A stretch of DNA of 28,737 nucleotides. Origin: a bacterium (GTDB taxonomy: Bacteria > CALINM01). Below are positions 18,001 to 26,385 of this stretch, piece after piece. The notes under the pieces are model-generated. The model was not told where the DNA came from, ran no database searches, and saw only the letters and a list, made by a program, of their open reading frames with translations. The position numbers and the translations under genes are program-made. Positions within the stretch are counted from its first letter, which is position 1. Every line of letters starts with the position of its first letter. Location: contig JBEQAF010000020.1 in the NCBI GenBank assembly GCA_041640455.1, positions 1-28,737 on the forward strand, given 5' to 3'.

Positions 18001-21000
18001 AACTTTAATGTTTAAGGTTATCTTATCTGAATTGTTATCTGAATCGGTCACCTTAATTGTTACTGAATAGCCAGAAAGATTTGCTGTGGTTGGTGTACCA
18101 AAAATTATTCCTGTGTTTGATTCAAGTATTAGACCTGGCGGTAGCTGTCCTGAGTCCACCGACCAGCTCATGGCTCCTAAATTATCCGTTGCAGATAAGG
18201 CAAGAGAATACTGTTTGCCTACCATGGCATTCTGGTTAGCTGTTGAAACAGTATTTATAGAGAGTTTTTTTACTTCCACATTATAATCTTTTTCATCTAT
18301 GGCTCCCACATTATCGGTTACCCTTAACCTGAAACTATATGTACCCTTTGATGCTGTTGAATAGGCTTTAAACACCCCTGATGGAGTTAGATTAAATGCG
18401 GAAGGGAGATTTCCAGAAGACCATGTGTAGGGCGCTGTTCCGCCTGAAGCCTGAAGTGTAACAGATTTGCCTGCATAAATGCTGGTAATATCAGAGGTTA
18501 TGAAAAGAGTTTTATTTACCTTAAGCCCAATGGTTTTATTTACACAGTAGCTTGAAATATCCTTATCACAAAGCTTGAACTCAAAGGCAAAGGTGCCTGA
18601 AAACTTAGGAGTTCCGCTTATAAGTCCTGTGTTTGTGTTTAAAGAAAGCCCGAGAGTGGAAAGCTTTCCTGGAAAGTTTGCTGAAGAGATGTTAGAAAAG
18701 GCATAGTTTCCTGCGCCTCTTCCGCCTGAAGCGTTTAGTGTGTAGCTATATGAGCTACCCTGAGATGCATCAGGAAGCGTAGTATCGTTTAAGGATAAAG
18801 TTGGATAAACTCTGATATCCTTCTGATACGAAGCCTCTTTATTGTTCTTATCTTTTAAAATTAAGTTAACAGAAATTACCGAGCCTGTTTGTGGTGGATT
18901 GATACCAACCGGCGTCCCTCTTAACACAATTCTATCTCTGCTTGAAGCCGAGAAAGATGATATTTTAGAAAAGGTTAAAAATGATGGGCTATTTACCTGC
19001 CAGGTATAGGGAGATATTCCATATCCGTATTTCGCTGCAAATCTGTTTGTCTCCAACAGAGGATATCCTTCAATAACAAAATCACTGATATCAGAAACAA
19101 GCTCTATCTCTGGAGGGTATACAGCATTTCCTCTTAGCCTTATGCTCTGCTTTGGATTCTGAAATGAGTTGGAGGATAAATTTAAAAACCCAGTGAATGA
19201 GCCCGCCGCGCCTGTTAAAAATCTAACATTAAGGTTTTTAGATGAGGATGGATCTACTGTTGCGGAAGTTTCAACAGGTGTAAATATCGGAAGGGCTGTT
19301 GATATAATACTGTTTACATTAAGTTCTCCATCTCCTGTATTCTCTATGACATATGATTGTATGGAGGTCTGATTTGTATAAACTGAACCAAAATCAATAC
19401 TTGTCTGGGGTAAGAACAGCTGGGGCTTTAAAACTACCTGCCTGCTGTAAAAGTTTCCAAATATATCCAGATTAGATGAAAAGAATGTGCCGTTTCGATC
19501 GTCCTGATAGACAGTCAGAAACCTGTTGGTAAGGCTGTCTCCAGGAGCTACGGAAGGCAGATTTTTATTTGAACTGTTGTTGGGAATTTTAAAAGGGTTC
19601 CCATCCTTATCACCACTGGATTTTAAAAATAGACCCTTTATTTCATACTTATCAAGCGCAGGATCATACTCTTCATAAGCTATGAGATAATGTCCAGCCA
19701 ATGCTCGAGCAACAGAAACGCCCTTTATAACTTTTGTAGAGTCTGATATAAGGTCCACAGCTGTTGAGACAGTAAAGTTTCCAACATCCACCTCAACCTT
19801 TCTTAGCTTATCACCTGTCGAATAAATAACGAGAAACTTATCTCCTGACAGGCTGATAATGGAACTATCCTGAATATTTGTATCAATCCCCTGATCCAGA
19901 CCATATGGGTTGTTGTAAAGCTTTTTCTCATGGTTTTTGGGATTATACATGGGGGTTATAGCTCTTACAAAAAGCTGAGTCTGGCTCTGAGTGGCAGAAT
20001 CAAGGCTATATGCGTAGGGTCCCTTTGTTATGGCGCTTGATCCGTTGGAGCTATAATTTAGCATTACTTTAAATTCCAGTCTTCTGCCAAGAAAACCTAT
20101 TAACGGTTCTCCGCTATGGTTTATTGCTATCTTTGGTCTGGTCTCGTTTTTATATAAATAAGCTCTCTGGGCTATCTTTATTATGCTATTAGCATTATCA
20201 ATATTTACATCTGCTGATAACATGTTATCTTTATGAGCCACATCTGAATAAAGCTCCACACCTCCATCAGCTGTACCATTAACCTCAAATTTTCTAAATA
20301 CAATAAGACTATTGTCGTAAAGAGGTGAAAAAGAGCTATATAGATTAAATGTTGAGACAATGGATGTGTTGACTATATCAGGGACTAGCGGACCTCTGGG
20401 TGAAAATCTGTATTTCTTTTCCAGATTTGAAGCATCAACCCATGCTACATAAAATCTTTTGTTAACATCATCAAAGGTCACATCGGGCTCTGTCTGGGAG
20501 AAAGAAGAAACATTGGAAGCAAGATTATATGACGAAGATGTATAGGTATATGCACCGAGAGAGCTTACTGGACTTGAACTGAGATTACTACCATAAACAT
20601 GCAGCAATGAACCTTTAATAAAGGGCTGTCCTGATGAGTTCTCCTCCCATACTACCAGATATCTACAGCCGCTTGTGTTATCACAACCAAAGGCAACAGC
20701 AGGATTTTTCTGGGTTGCTGAGCCACCTGCTATGGAAAAATCTTTGGTAATAAATACTAAAAATGTATTTGCAGGAAGCCCGGAGACGGTGACGCTACTG
20801 GTACCAAGCCCTGAAACTGAATACTGACTCTGAGGTATCTCCGCTTCAAACTGGTTATATGCTATAAGACTTCTTATCTCCTTAGGAAAGCTATAACTTG
20901 TTGTCACTCCAGGAAAATATTTTGTATATATCAGCTCTCCATAGATATCAGAATTGCCATATCTTCTGTCTTCAAAAACAAGCAAGTAATGCCCACTTAG

Positions 21001-21216
21001 ATTATTAAAAGCCACTCGGGGTGTAAGCTGGTTATTGCTTGTTGATGATATAAGAGAAAAATTTATATCATTACTACCTAATCGACCGGCCTTGGATATT
21101 TTTGACTGTAAATTAGAATGAAAACTACTCCTATCTGAACCGCATCTTATAAGTGTTAAAAGACAGATTAATGAAAAAACAAAGGCAAATATGACCTTTC
21201 TGAAATAATTATCCAT
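12070..21216 (-). CDS. Giant (3048 aa) cell-surface protein or putative adhesin: signal peptide, beta-propeller-like head, ASH-like domain, about 25 putative-Ig modules, CFI-box-CTERM tail
   Basis: Recurrent ASGG..PY.W....G.LP.GL.L....G.ISGTP...G.Y.F.V.VTD modules (He_PIG-like). IDFGSV...[11 protein letters not shown] resembles ASH/choice-of-anchor D. C-terminal [10 protein letters not shown]...LRQFRDRYL...FYY.HSP is followed by a hydrophobic helix and RKKIRK. Confidence 0.92.
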   Translation of the reverse strand: MDNYFRKVIFAFVFSLICLLTLIRCGSDRSSFHSNLQSKISKAGRLGSNDINFSLISSTSNNQLTPRVAFNNLSGHYLLVFEDRRYGNSDIYGELIYTKYFPGVTTSYSFPKEIRSLIAYNQFEAEIPQSQYSVSGLGTSSVTVSGLPANTFLVFITKDFSIAGGSATQKNPAVAFGCDNTSGCRYLVVWEENSSGQPFIKGSLLHVYGSNLSSSPVSSLGAYTYTSSSYNLASNVSSFSQTEPDVTFDDVNKRFYVAWVDASNLEKKYRFSPRGPLVPDIVNTSIVSTFNLYSSFSPLYDNSLIVFRKFEVNGTADGGVELYSDVAHKDNMLSADVNIDNANSIIKIAQRAYLYKNETRPKIAINHSGEPLIGFLGRRLEFKVMLNYSSNGSSAITKGPYAYSLDSATQSQTQLFVRAITPMYNPKNHEKKLYNNPYGLDQGIDTNIQDSSIISLSGDKFLVIYSTGDKLRKVEVDVGNFTVSTAVDLISDSTKVIKGVSVARALAGHYLIAYEEYDPALDKYEIKGLFLKSSGDKDGNPFKIPNNSSNKNLPSVAPGDSLTNRFLTVYQDDRNGTFFSSNLDIFGNFYSRQVVLKPQLFLPQTSIDFGSVYTNQTSIQSYVIENTGDGELNVNSIISTALPIFTPVETSATVDPSSSKNLNVRFLTGAAGSFTGFLNLSSNSFQNPKQSIRLRGNAVYPPEIELVSDISDFVIEGYPLLETNRFAAKYGYGISPYTWQVNSPSFLTFSKISSFSASSRDRIVLRGTPVGINPPQTGSVISVNLILKDKNNKEASYQKDIRVYPTLSLNDTTLPDASQGSSYSYTLNASGGRGAGNYAFSNISSANFPGKLSTLGLSLNTNTGLISGTPKFSGTFAFEFKLCDKDISSYCVNKTIGLKVNKTLFITSDITSIYAGKSVTLQASGGTAPYTWSSGNLPSAFNLTPSGVFKAYSTASKGTYSFRLRVTDNVGAIDEKDYNVEVKKLSINTVSTANQNAMVGKQYSLALSATDNLGAMSWSVDSGQLPPGLILESNTGIIFGTPTTANLSGYSVTIKVTDSDNNSDKITLNIKVYPQLNLSLTNLPSEWTEGVEINSFAYVPFESRVSGHNYVFSITPSNLNGLGILKFGNYSGNVKGTPSSTGDFNYVIEVKDNLGFNASSDYSLKINPKPQIVSTGDIVIFQNYSSNNHFSFNATGGTGNLSFSMSPANYNGIKIDAQGRLYGKATVLDTSGTNVTITVTDNTGASANKSFIFTILPSISISTDPVDFPAKAMVGKSYNVKFIASGGPLSPSAYTYNYSGNIGGLGFTTLSNQGVLQGIPTQFGDYSFSVSASKGSVSVTNSYSVSVYPEIKINDFNLPNAIKGKPYNHSLNISGGSNVFSNYSASMVFVGDNPGGVNITKAGLIYGTPVTSGSYSVKVKVFDKQVGSEYYDEKTLSFNVYNQPTFGNISSFGTLYAGQTVQLQVEAVNGLAPYSYNLVGGNLPQNLSLASNGSISGKISESAFGNYSVIVKAKDALNIESDAKKFRFYVSKMTLSGSLSNSAMVGRSYVSFVTINGGSAPYSAEIVGNPIAPPNLTALVSGNNVIIQGTPTEAGSYNFKIKVTDIKGAQEEESYSLTVYQNLEITNTALSAGIVSQSYLAQINVIGGTGSFNNYSTSAGLLPPGIILSKTTGTLTGTPTTKGIYNFTIQVKDSANFTASRNLSISVYDKLNITTTTLPTDWYHNDDINYQINTTGGSGQQTWQIISGSLPSGLSLNSSNGIISGKINTSGTFNFTIGVTDIISGDTDSQNYTVLIKNIPIAESSAPPYFAMVGKTFSLSITTTDTNTPHTFEIENGSVPGLSLITFEGKGILSGVPTQKGDYQIRVRVTDRDGHYSEKDYLITVYEELRVVNAQLKEGKQGQAYVDQLTVLGGVVSGFSNYSTWAVGLPDGLVINKEGEVTGVPKVGGSFGLKIKVKDTKGFESERDYTLNIQEMLKITNTVTALFEGDTINLISDGGTAPYIYTSANLPSVFTLTTSGQLTLTGPASTGSVYQFRIKVTDAGGVYSEKDFNIAVSGITISETTGSKYYTIVGENYGLALNAQGGVGAIVWSVSSGALPPGLILNPFTGSISGITSNPGSYTFEITATDSAGHSAKKSYTVNVYDQINITPTSLPNITIGTSYSQTIGATGGTGIYYFSMNSSNGLSINSSTGEISGTPLIAGSYIYTVSVVDSLGFTASRSFTIIINEQPRITTADTVYLYTGEVPEITLSVQNGTSPYIWSVLSGSVTGLTFNNDGTLSGTPAAGDYNVTIGVTDSSGISDTKTVNFKVINKLNITSVPSGTSFSAIANIPFKVTFTGAGGIGAYGWSMTGSIPGVSLISIAGEGILSGSPSQTGDYALKIILTDSKGNKKELDIVITVYPELKINNAALKNAVVDIPYSDNILASGGAGTYSYSIVSGSLPAGLSLNGTTGVISGTPTESGVRTIKIAVTDTFTGYSVEKDLILNSYSRPIITTNPNLGTVYNGQVLNIQLASSLGSSTTYTYSQSSGSMPTGLILDSNGSISGKINAATGVYSFSIISKDSNGIESLPVTFSITVATIGLNTSNYITTGMVNRDYASSIIISGGTEPFDIKLIPETTIVPPGITVDVSGSFITIKGKPNQAGSYSFNLILTDSKSAQITQNLTLNVLEELTFDRTTIPSAVVSIAYLEQLTVSGGNQTSLNFIKKSGSLPQGITLSTGGLLSGTPLAIGSFTFTVKVTDGSGFTAEKEYTLTVVDKARLTVEKDSYYFSANKPITPITVNVSGGASPYSFNVTGLPSGINYQLTDKGISILGTPLISGSFTVTVTVTDNSSTTDTKVITINVSEITIDSSGLIAETDINSDYFAMLTATGGSTTPVYEWNIEYGVLPDGLTLNQNTGIISGKPTKEGIYTFTIKVTDKNSGVYATKVLEIKIVGDLIAAKDAGSWKCFIATAAYGSYLDPHVVVLRQFRDRYLLTSSIGRRFVEFYYTHSPALAKVIAENYWLKLTVRAVLTPVVYFIKYLNFMISLPLLVIIAVSIRKKIRK
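12390..19115 (-). repeat. Tandem array of about 25 diverged ~90-aa Ig-like modules (protein-level repeat)
   Basis: Manual segmentation of the translation gives 25 modules ending in strands such as IRVY, IKVY, SVY, TVY and NVY. Confidence 0.85.
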
Positions 21217-21223
21217 TAAGAAT

Positions 21224-21253
21224 AGTTTAAAGCAATATAAATAGCCATGTCAA
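21224..21253 (-). promoter_or_regulatory. sigma70 promoter of the giant gene, predicted leaderless transcript
   Basis: Minus strand reads TTGACA (21253-21248), 18 nt, TAAACT (21229-21224), 7 nt, ATG; no SD. Confidence 0.6.
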
Positions 21254-21266
21254 ATATTAAAAATAT

Positions 21267-21863
21267 TTATTTTCTTATTACAAACATGGCTTTTTCTGCC
21301 AATAGATTGGGAAAAAATTCAACTTTCTTTGAATCGGTAAAACCCACAAAAAAAACTATCTGAATCTTTTCTCTTGCGCAGAACTCTATAAAATCCTTTA
21401 TGGTAAAATAATGAAGATTTGGCGTCTCATCCCATCTATAAGGCAGTGCTTGGGTCTGAGGCGTTTTGCCAAGAAATCCTAAATAAAACCTGACCGTATA
21501 GTAGGCAAAGTTAGGAAACGATACAATTACCTTAGATCCTACCCTTAGAGCCTCACTGATTACTTTTTTAGGTTTTTTTGTCTCTTGAAGAGTAAAGTTA
21601 AGGATCACATAATCAAAAAAGTCATCGGGAAAATCAGGAAGACCTTCATCAATATCAAAATGCTCCACCGTAACACCCTTCTTTACACAGGAGTAGATCA
21701 TCTCCTCATCGTTTTCTATCCCTACTCCCTTAATTTTCTTTTCATCCATAAGAATTCTTAAAAGGTCGCCGTTACCACAGCCAAGGTCAAGAACTTTAGC
21801 TCCTTCTTCAACAATCTCCAAAATAAGTCTATGATCATATCTCATAACTTTTTCAGCAATCAT
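21267..21863 (-). CDS. metW: Methionine biosynthesis protein MetW
   Basis: VLDLGCGNG SAM-binding motif, FDYVIL..TLQ, IVSFPNF and W.ETPNLH; TAATG coupling to metX. Confidence 0.95.
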   Translation of the reverse strand: MIAEKVMRYDHRLILEIVEEGAKVLDLGCGNGDLLRILMDEKKIKGVGIENDEEMIYSCVKKGVTVEHFDIDEGLPDFPDDFFDYVILNFTLQETKKPKKVISEALRVGSKVIVSFPNFAYYTVRFYLGFLGKTPQTQALPYRWDETPNLHYFTIKDFIEFCAREKIQIVFFVGFTDSKKVEFFPNLLAEKAMFVIRK

Positions 21864-23023
21864 TATTTGAGATACCTTCTTTCTGCATTGCTTAAAAAAT
21901 CTCTTATAAGACTTTCCTGCTCCTCGTTCTTTATTAGAAAGGCATCATGCCCATAGGTGGAGGATATCTCACAGTAGGTCACATCAACCCAGGCGTATTT
22001 GAGAATCTTTACTATCTCTTTTGACTGATAGGGCGGATAAAGCCAGTCATGAGAAAAGGAGATTACCAGAAACTTCATATCCTTGCTGTCATAAAACTTA
22101 ATCAGTTCCCTGTTCTCACCCAGATCAAAATAATCTATTGCTTTTGTTATATAAAGGTAAGAGTTTGCATCAAACCTCTGAACAAAGGTTTCGCCCCTGT
22201 ATTTTAGATATTTTTCCACCTCAAACTCTGCTTCAAAGTCATAGCCATATTTTTCACTTTTTCTTCTTTTTCTGCCAAACTTCTCTTTCATAGACTGGTC
22301 GCTCATGTAAGTTATATGACCTATCATCCTTGCTACTGCAAGACCGCTGGCAGGGAATGACTTGCCGTAGTAGTCGCCTCCCATCCACTCCGGATCTGCC
22401 ATAATTGCCCTTCTCCCCACCTCATTAAAGGCTATCTGCTGGGGTGTGTGCTTTATGGTTGTGGCAATGGGTATAGCTGTACAAACATTATCGGGGTAGG
22501 AATAGGTCCATTGAAGCACCTGCATGCCACCCATAGAACCTCCAGCAACACAGAAAAGCTTTTCTATTCCAAGATGCTCAATCAGTCTTTTCTGTGCATT
22601 TACCATATCTTTTATGGTAACAACGGGAAAACTCATCCCATAGGGCGTTCCTGTCTCAGGATTTATTGATGATGGACCGGTTGAACCTTTACAGCCACCT
22701 ATCACATTTGAACAGATGATAAAGTATTTATCCGTATCGAAAGGTCTTTTGGGACCTATCATAAACTCCCACCAGCCGAGACGCCCATCTTCCCTTGATA
22801 TGCCTGCCACATGGGCATCACCGGTAAGAGCATGGCAAAGCAGGATGGCATTATTTTTACTGGCATTCAGTGTGCCATAAACCTCATATGCAATGGTCAC
22901 AGGAGAAAGTACCTCTCCGCTCTCAAGTTCAAGGCGGTCAAAGGTATAAAATTTAGTCTCCGTAACCCCTACCGGGCTCTCGGTACCCTTAACACCTTCA
23001 ATTAACAGCTGTTCTATCACCAT
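21863..23023 (-). CDS. metX: Homoserine O-acyltransferase (MetX family; acetyl versus succinyl donor not resolvable by eye)
   Basis: [12 protein letters not shown]...IGP, GSTGPSS, nucleophile GGSMGG, RFDANSY, DWLYP and YGHDAF. Confidence 0.97.
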   Translation of the reverse strand: MVIEQLLIEGVKGTESPVGVTETKFYTFDRLELESGEVLSPVTIAYEVYGTLNASKNNAILLCHALTGDAHVAGISREDGRLGWWEFMIGPKRPFDTDKYFIICSNVIGGCKGSTGPSSINPETGTPYGMSFPVVTIKDMVNAQKRLIEHLGIEKLFCVAGGSMGGMQVLQWTYSYPDNVCTAIPIATTIKHTPQQIAFNEVGRRAIMADPEWMGGDYYGKSFPASGLAVARMIGHITYMSDQSMKEKFGRKRRKSEKYGYDFEAEFEVEKYLKYRGETFVQRFDANSYLYITKAIDYFDLGENRELIKFYDSKDMKFLVISFSHDWLYPPYQSKEIVKILKYAWVDVTYCEISSTYGHDAFLIKNEEQESLIRDFLSNAERRYLK

Positions 23024-23033
23024 AGGATTATTA

Positions 23034-23062
23034 ATATTATAACTTTAATGCTTTATTTTCAA
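23034..23062 (-). promoter_or_regulatory. Putative sigma70 promoter of metXW
   Basis: Minus strand reads TTGAAA-17 nt-TAATAT, 10 nt before the ATG; no SD. Confidence 0.5.
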
Positions 23063-23084
23063 TTATTTTTAGTGATTTTTTTTC

Positions 23085-23113
23085 TTGATTTTGCAATGTC
23101 TCATATTTAATAT
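23085..23113 (+). promoter_or_regulatory. Putative sigma70 promoter of the ABC transporter operon
   Basis: TTGATT (23085-23090)-17 nt-TAATAT (23108-23113)-7 nt-ATG 23121. Confidence 0.5.
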
Positions 23114-23120
23114 GCTACTT

Positions 23121-24614
23121 ATGCAATTCTTTGCAAGGCATACTGTAGTCATTCTATTAGTTCTACTGCATATTCTATCAGGAAACTGCAATGCAGAAAA
23201 AGGCAAAAATACCTTTGAGCAAATAAAGAAAAGAGGTTATATAATCTGGGGGACAGATCTTGAAGGTGGTGCACCCTATGTGTTTCATGATCCCCAAGAC
23301 TCATCAAAGATAATCGGATTTGAATACGATATCGCCCAAGCAATTGCAAAAGAGCTGGGAGTGGAGTTAAAGATTGTCCAGAATGCATGGGACAGCCTAA
23401 TCCCAGCCCTCGAAAGAAAAGATTTTGATTTTGCAATGAACGGCATTGAAATAACTGAAGATCGAAAAAACAGAGTGCTTTTCTCTATCCCTTATTATGT
23501 TTATTCTGAACAGCTGGTAGTAAGAAAAGATGATGACAGAATTAAAAGCATCAAGGATCTAAAAGGGATGAAAGTGGGCACTCTGCAGGGTGCTGTTGCC
23601 CAGCGGATTCTGGAAAGCATAGGCGATGTTAACATTAAATTTTATTCTGGTGTGGTTGAACCTTATGAAGATCTGGTTTTGAAAAGACTTGATGCAGTAT
23701 TTCTGGACTATCCCATTGCAGCCTATTATGCCAAACCGAATCCCGATCTTAAGTTTGTGGGAGATACAGAAGGTATTGGTTTTTATGGTATTGCAATGAG
23801 AAAAGAAGACAGAGAGCTTAAGGAAGAGATAGACAGAGCTCTTAAAAAACTTATACATTCCGGTGAGCTTAAAAGAATTTTTGAAAAATGGTACTTATGG
23901 AACAAAGATCAGGAGAAGCTGAAAGATGAGGCAATGGATCTTAAAGAAATTACTACTGTAGGCAAAGAGATACCACTAATTAACTTTTTGCCTTCTCTAC
24001 TAAAAGGAGCCGGTATCACAATAATACTTTCCACTCTTTCTATGGCATTTGCCGTATTTCTTGGATTATTTCTGGTAATTATTAAGGAGTATACAGCCAC
24101 ACCTTTCCGTCAATTAGCTACATTTTATATAGAAGTTTACCGTGGAACTCCTTTACTTATTCAGCTCTACCTACTTTATTATGGACTTCCCAATATTGGT
24201 ATATCAATGGAACCCATAACAGCCGCTATCATAGGGCTCGGTATGAATTATGCCGCCTATGAGGCTGAGCTTTACCGTGCGGGCATTAATGCCATCCCCA
24301 AAGGACAAATGGAGGCAGCTCTTTCGCTCGGGATGACAAAGTTTCAATCTGTTAGAAGAATAATACTACCTCAGGCTTTTAAAATAGCTCTACCAGGCAT
24401 TACAAACGATTTTATTGCCCTTTTTAAAGACTCCTCTCTGGTTTCCGTTATTGCTATGATAGAGCTAACCAAGACATATACCATGCTGTCAGCATCAACT
24501 CTAAGATACTTTGAGCTCGGTCTGATAACAGCAGTTCTTTATTTCGGAATGAGCTACCCACTGTCACTGATAGCAAAAAAACTTGAAGAGAGGTTAAAAA
24601 GAAAAAAGAGATGA
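23121..24614 (+). CDS. Polar amino-acid ABC transporter, fused substrate-binding (SBP_bac_3) and permease protein
   Basis: IIGFEYDIA, WDSLIPAL and ITEDRK...FSIPYY in the binding domain; RGTPLLIQL, AYEAELYRAG..AIPKGQMEAA.SLG (EAA loop) and KDSSL in the permease. Start placed at ATG 23121 because the track's TTG at 23085 coincides with the putative -35. Confidence 0.93.
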   Translation: MQFFARHTVVILLVLLHILSGNCNAEKGKNTFEQIKKRGYIIWGTDLEGGAPYVFHDPQDSSKIIGFEYDIAQAIAKELGVELKIVQNAWDSLIPALERKDFDFAMNGIEITEDRKNRVLFSIPYYVYSEQLVVRKDDDRIKSIKDLKGMKVGTLQGAVAQRILESIGDVNIKFYSGVVEPYEDLVLKRLDAVFLDYPIAAYYAKPNPDLKFVGDTEGIGFYGIAMRKEDRELKEEIDRALKKLIHSGELKRIFEKWYLWNKDQEKLKDEAMDLKEITTVGKEIPLINFLPSLLKGAGITIILSTLSMAFAVFLGLFLVIIKEYTATPFRQLATFYIEVYRGTPLLIQLYLLYYGLPNIGISMEPITAAIIGLGMNYAAYEAELYRAGINAIPKGQMEAALSLGMTKFQSVRRIILPQAFKIALPGITNDFIALFKDSSLVSVIAMIELTKTYTMLSASTLRYFELGLITAVLYFGMSYPLSLIAKKLEERLKRKKR

Positions 24615-25366
24615 TTCAAATTAAGGGGCTACATAAATATTATAATCAAAATCATATTTTGAAAGGCATTGACCTTGAGATAAAAAAGGGGGAATCGGTT
24701 GTAATAATAGGACCATCTGGTAGTGGTAAAAGCACCTTGCTCAAATGTATAAACGGGCTTGAGCTTTTTCAGGAAGGCGAGATTGCGGTTGAAGATACTG
24801 TTTTGCATTCCGTTAAAAGAAAAAGACCACCCAAGGAAGAAATTGAAGCCATATATAAAATCAGGCGTAAGGTGGGCATGGTTTTTCAGCAATTTAATCT
24901 TTTTCCCCATATGAATGTGCTTGAAAATATAATTGAAGCGCCGTTAAGAGTACTTAAAATCAGCAGAGAGATAGCTATTGATGAAGCAAAAAAACTGCTT
25001 TCACGGGTTAATCTGACTAATAAGATGTTAAATTATCCCGAAGAGCTTTCCGGTGGGGAACAGCAAAGGGTTGCCATAGTTAGAACCCTTGCAATGAAGC
25101 CCGAAGCTATTTTGTTTGACGAGCCCACATCTTCTCTCGATCCAGAGATGGTTGGTGAGGTGCTTTCGGTAATAAAAGATCTTGTATATGAGGGGATGAC
25201 CACCTTTATATCCACCCATGAGATGAATTTTGCAAAAGATGTGGCAGACAAGGTAGTGTTTATAGACAAAGGAGAGATTGTTGAGATAGACACGCCTGAG
25301 AATATTTTTTCAAACCCGAAAGCAGAGAGAACAAGGTCATTTTTGTCAAGGGTGTTATCACGGTAA
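24611..25366 (+). CDS. Polar amino-acid ABC transporter ATP-binding protein (GlnQ/HisP family)
   Basis: GPSGSGKS, GMVFQQFNLFPH, LSGGEQQRV, FDEPTSSLDPE and THEM. Confidence 0.96.
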   Translation: MIQIKGLHKYYNQNHILKGIDLEIKKGESVVIIGPSGSGKSTLLKCINGLELFQEGEIAVEDTVLHSVKRKRPPKEEIEAIYKIRRKVGMVFQQFNLFPHMNVLENIIEAPLRVLKISREIAIDEAKKLLSRVNLTNKMLNYPEELSGGEQQRVAIVRTLAMKPEAILFDEPTSSLDPEMVGEVLSVIKDLVYEGMTTFISTHEMNFAKDVADKVVFIDKGEIVEIDTPENIFSNPKAERTRSFLSRVLSR

Positions 25367-25383
25367 CATATTTATTAAAAATC

Positions 25384-25440
25384 TTGACAACAAAAATAAA
25401 AATATCTAACCTTTTTAAAAATAAAAAAAGAAGGAGGTGA
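25384..25440 (+). promoter_or_regulatory. sigma70 promoter and strong SD of the cytochrome gene
   Basis: TTGACA (25384-25389)-17 nt-TAACCT (25407-25412); AAGGAGGTGA at 25431-25440. Confidence 0.7.
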
Positions 25441-25447
25441 ATAAAAA

Positions 25448-25969
25448 ATGAAAAAGGTCATATTTTTAGCCTTTTCTGCAATTCTTGTCCTGCTTATTGC
25501 AAATCTGAGTTTTGCTTATGGTCCCCATGATGAAAACTGCGTTGAATGTCACAGCATTCACCAGTCAAAGGGAGAAAAACTCCCAGCCGTTTATGACACT
25601 AAAGAGAAATATACAACTGGTGAAGCTCTCAAACCTGTTGATGCATTCTGTATAGGATGCCATAACAAAAACACAGGGATTATGCCTATCGAGATTCATA
25701 AGACTCATCCGGTAGGTGTTGCACCTAAAAAGGCAAAAGTTGCAGCTGACCTGTTAAGAGGTGGATCATTTGTCTGTGTTAGCTGCCATGATCCCCATCC
25801 GTCAAACCCCAATTACAAATACCTTATAGTTGATACTGATAACGGCAAGAATCTCGGTAAATTCTGCAACTACTGTCATCCCGCACAGGCAGCTCCAGCC
25901 TCAGCACCAAAACCATCAGCTCCAGCAGCAGCTCCAGCAGCGCCGGCAACTGCGCCCAAGAAAAAATAA
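25448..25969 (+). CDS. Exported tetraheme c-type cytochrome (paired-CXXCH type)
   Basis: Signal peptide ending SFA; heme motifs CVECH, CIGCH, CVSCH and CNYCH; extra His in GPH, SIH, HKTHP and DPH; Ala/Pro/Lys-rich tail. Confidence 0.92.
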   Translation: MKKVIFLAFSAILVLLIANLSFAYGPHDENCVECHSIHQSKGEKLPAVYDTKEKYTTGEALKPVDAFCIGCHNKNTGIMPIEIHKTHPVGVAPKKAKVAADLLRGGSFVCVSCHDPHPSNPNYKYLIVDTDNGKNLGKFCNYCHPAQAAPASAPKPSAPAAAPAAPATAPKKK

Positions 25970-26002
25970 TAAAAAGCCCGGGTTAGCCCGGGCATTTTTA
26001 TT
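25970..26002. terminator. Intrinsic, probably bidirectional terminator
   Basis: AAAAA-GCCCGGG-TTAG-CCCGGGC-ATTTTTATTT: a 7-bp all-GC stem flanked by A and T tracts, between convergent genes. Confidence 0.88.
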
Positions 26003-26022
26003 TCCGAACAGATTTTAAGATA

Positions 26023-26385
26023 CTATTTCAGATATTCACTGATTTTTTTGCGTAACCCCGCAAGATCTCCCTTACAGATATAGCCCCTGGCTTTCTTTTC
26101 TTTGACTGTTTTTCTCAAGCAGTCCTCATCATTAGAAGAATAGAAAACTATTGGAATATCTTTTGTTTTATTATAATCCATAAGTAGAGTGCATAGATTC
26201 TCACCAGAAAGACCTGGCATATTTATATCAAGGAGAATAAGGTCTGGCTCAGCATCTCTCACCGAATTGATAGCTCCGAAACCGTTCTGATGAATTATAA
26301 CCTCATAACCCTCTGACTCAAGAATGGCTTTTGTGGTAATAAGATGGTTAATATCATCGTCAATGATAAATATTTTTTTCTTCAT
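26023..26385 (-). CDS. Single-domain response regulator (receiver only)
   Basis: IIDDD, phosphoacceptor LLDINMPG, FYSS and YICK; no output domain; overlaps the kinase by 26 nt. Confidence 0.93.
   Translation of the reverse strand: MKKKIFIIDDDINHLITTKAILESEGYEVIIHQNGFGAINSVRDAEPDLILLDINMPGLSGENLCTLLMDYNKTKDIPIVFYSSNDEDCLRKTVKEKKARGYICKGDLAGLRKKISEYLK

Noticed and set aside
12070..21216. Diversity-generating retroelement acting on the giant gene
   Set aside because: No reverse transcriptase and no near-identical template/variable repeat pair were seen, and the anomaly is C-depletion rather than adenine-specific variation.
23024..23120. SAM riboswitch or T-box upstream of metX
   Set aside because: The region is short, very AT-rich and filled by two back-to-back promoter-like motifs; no aptamer consensus.
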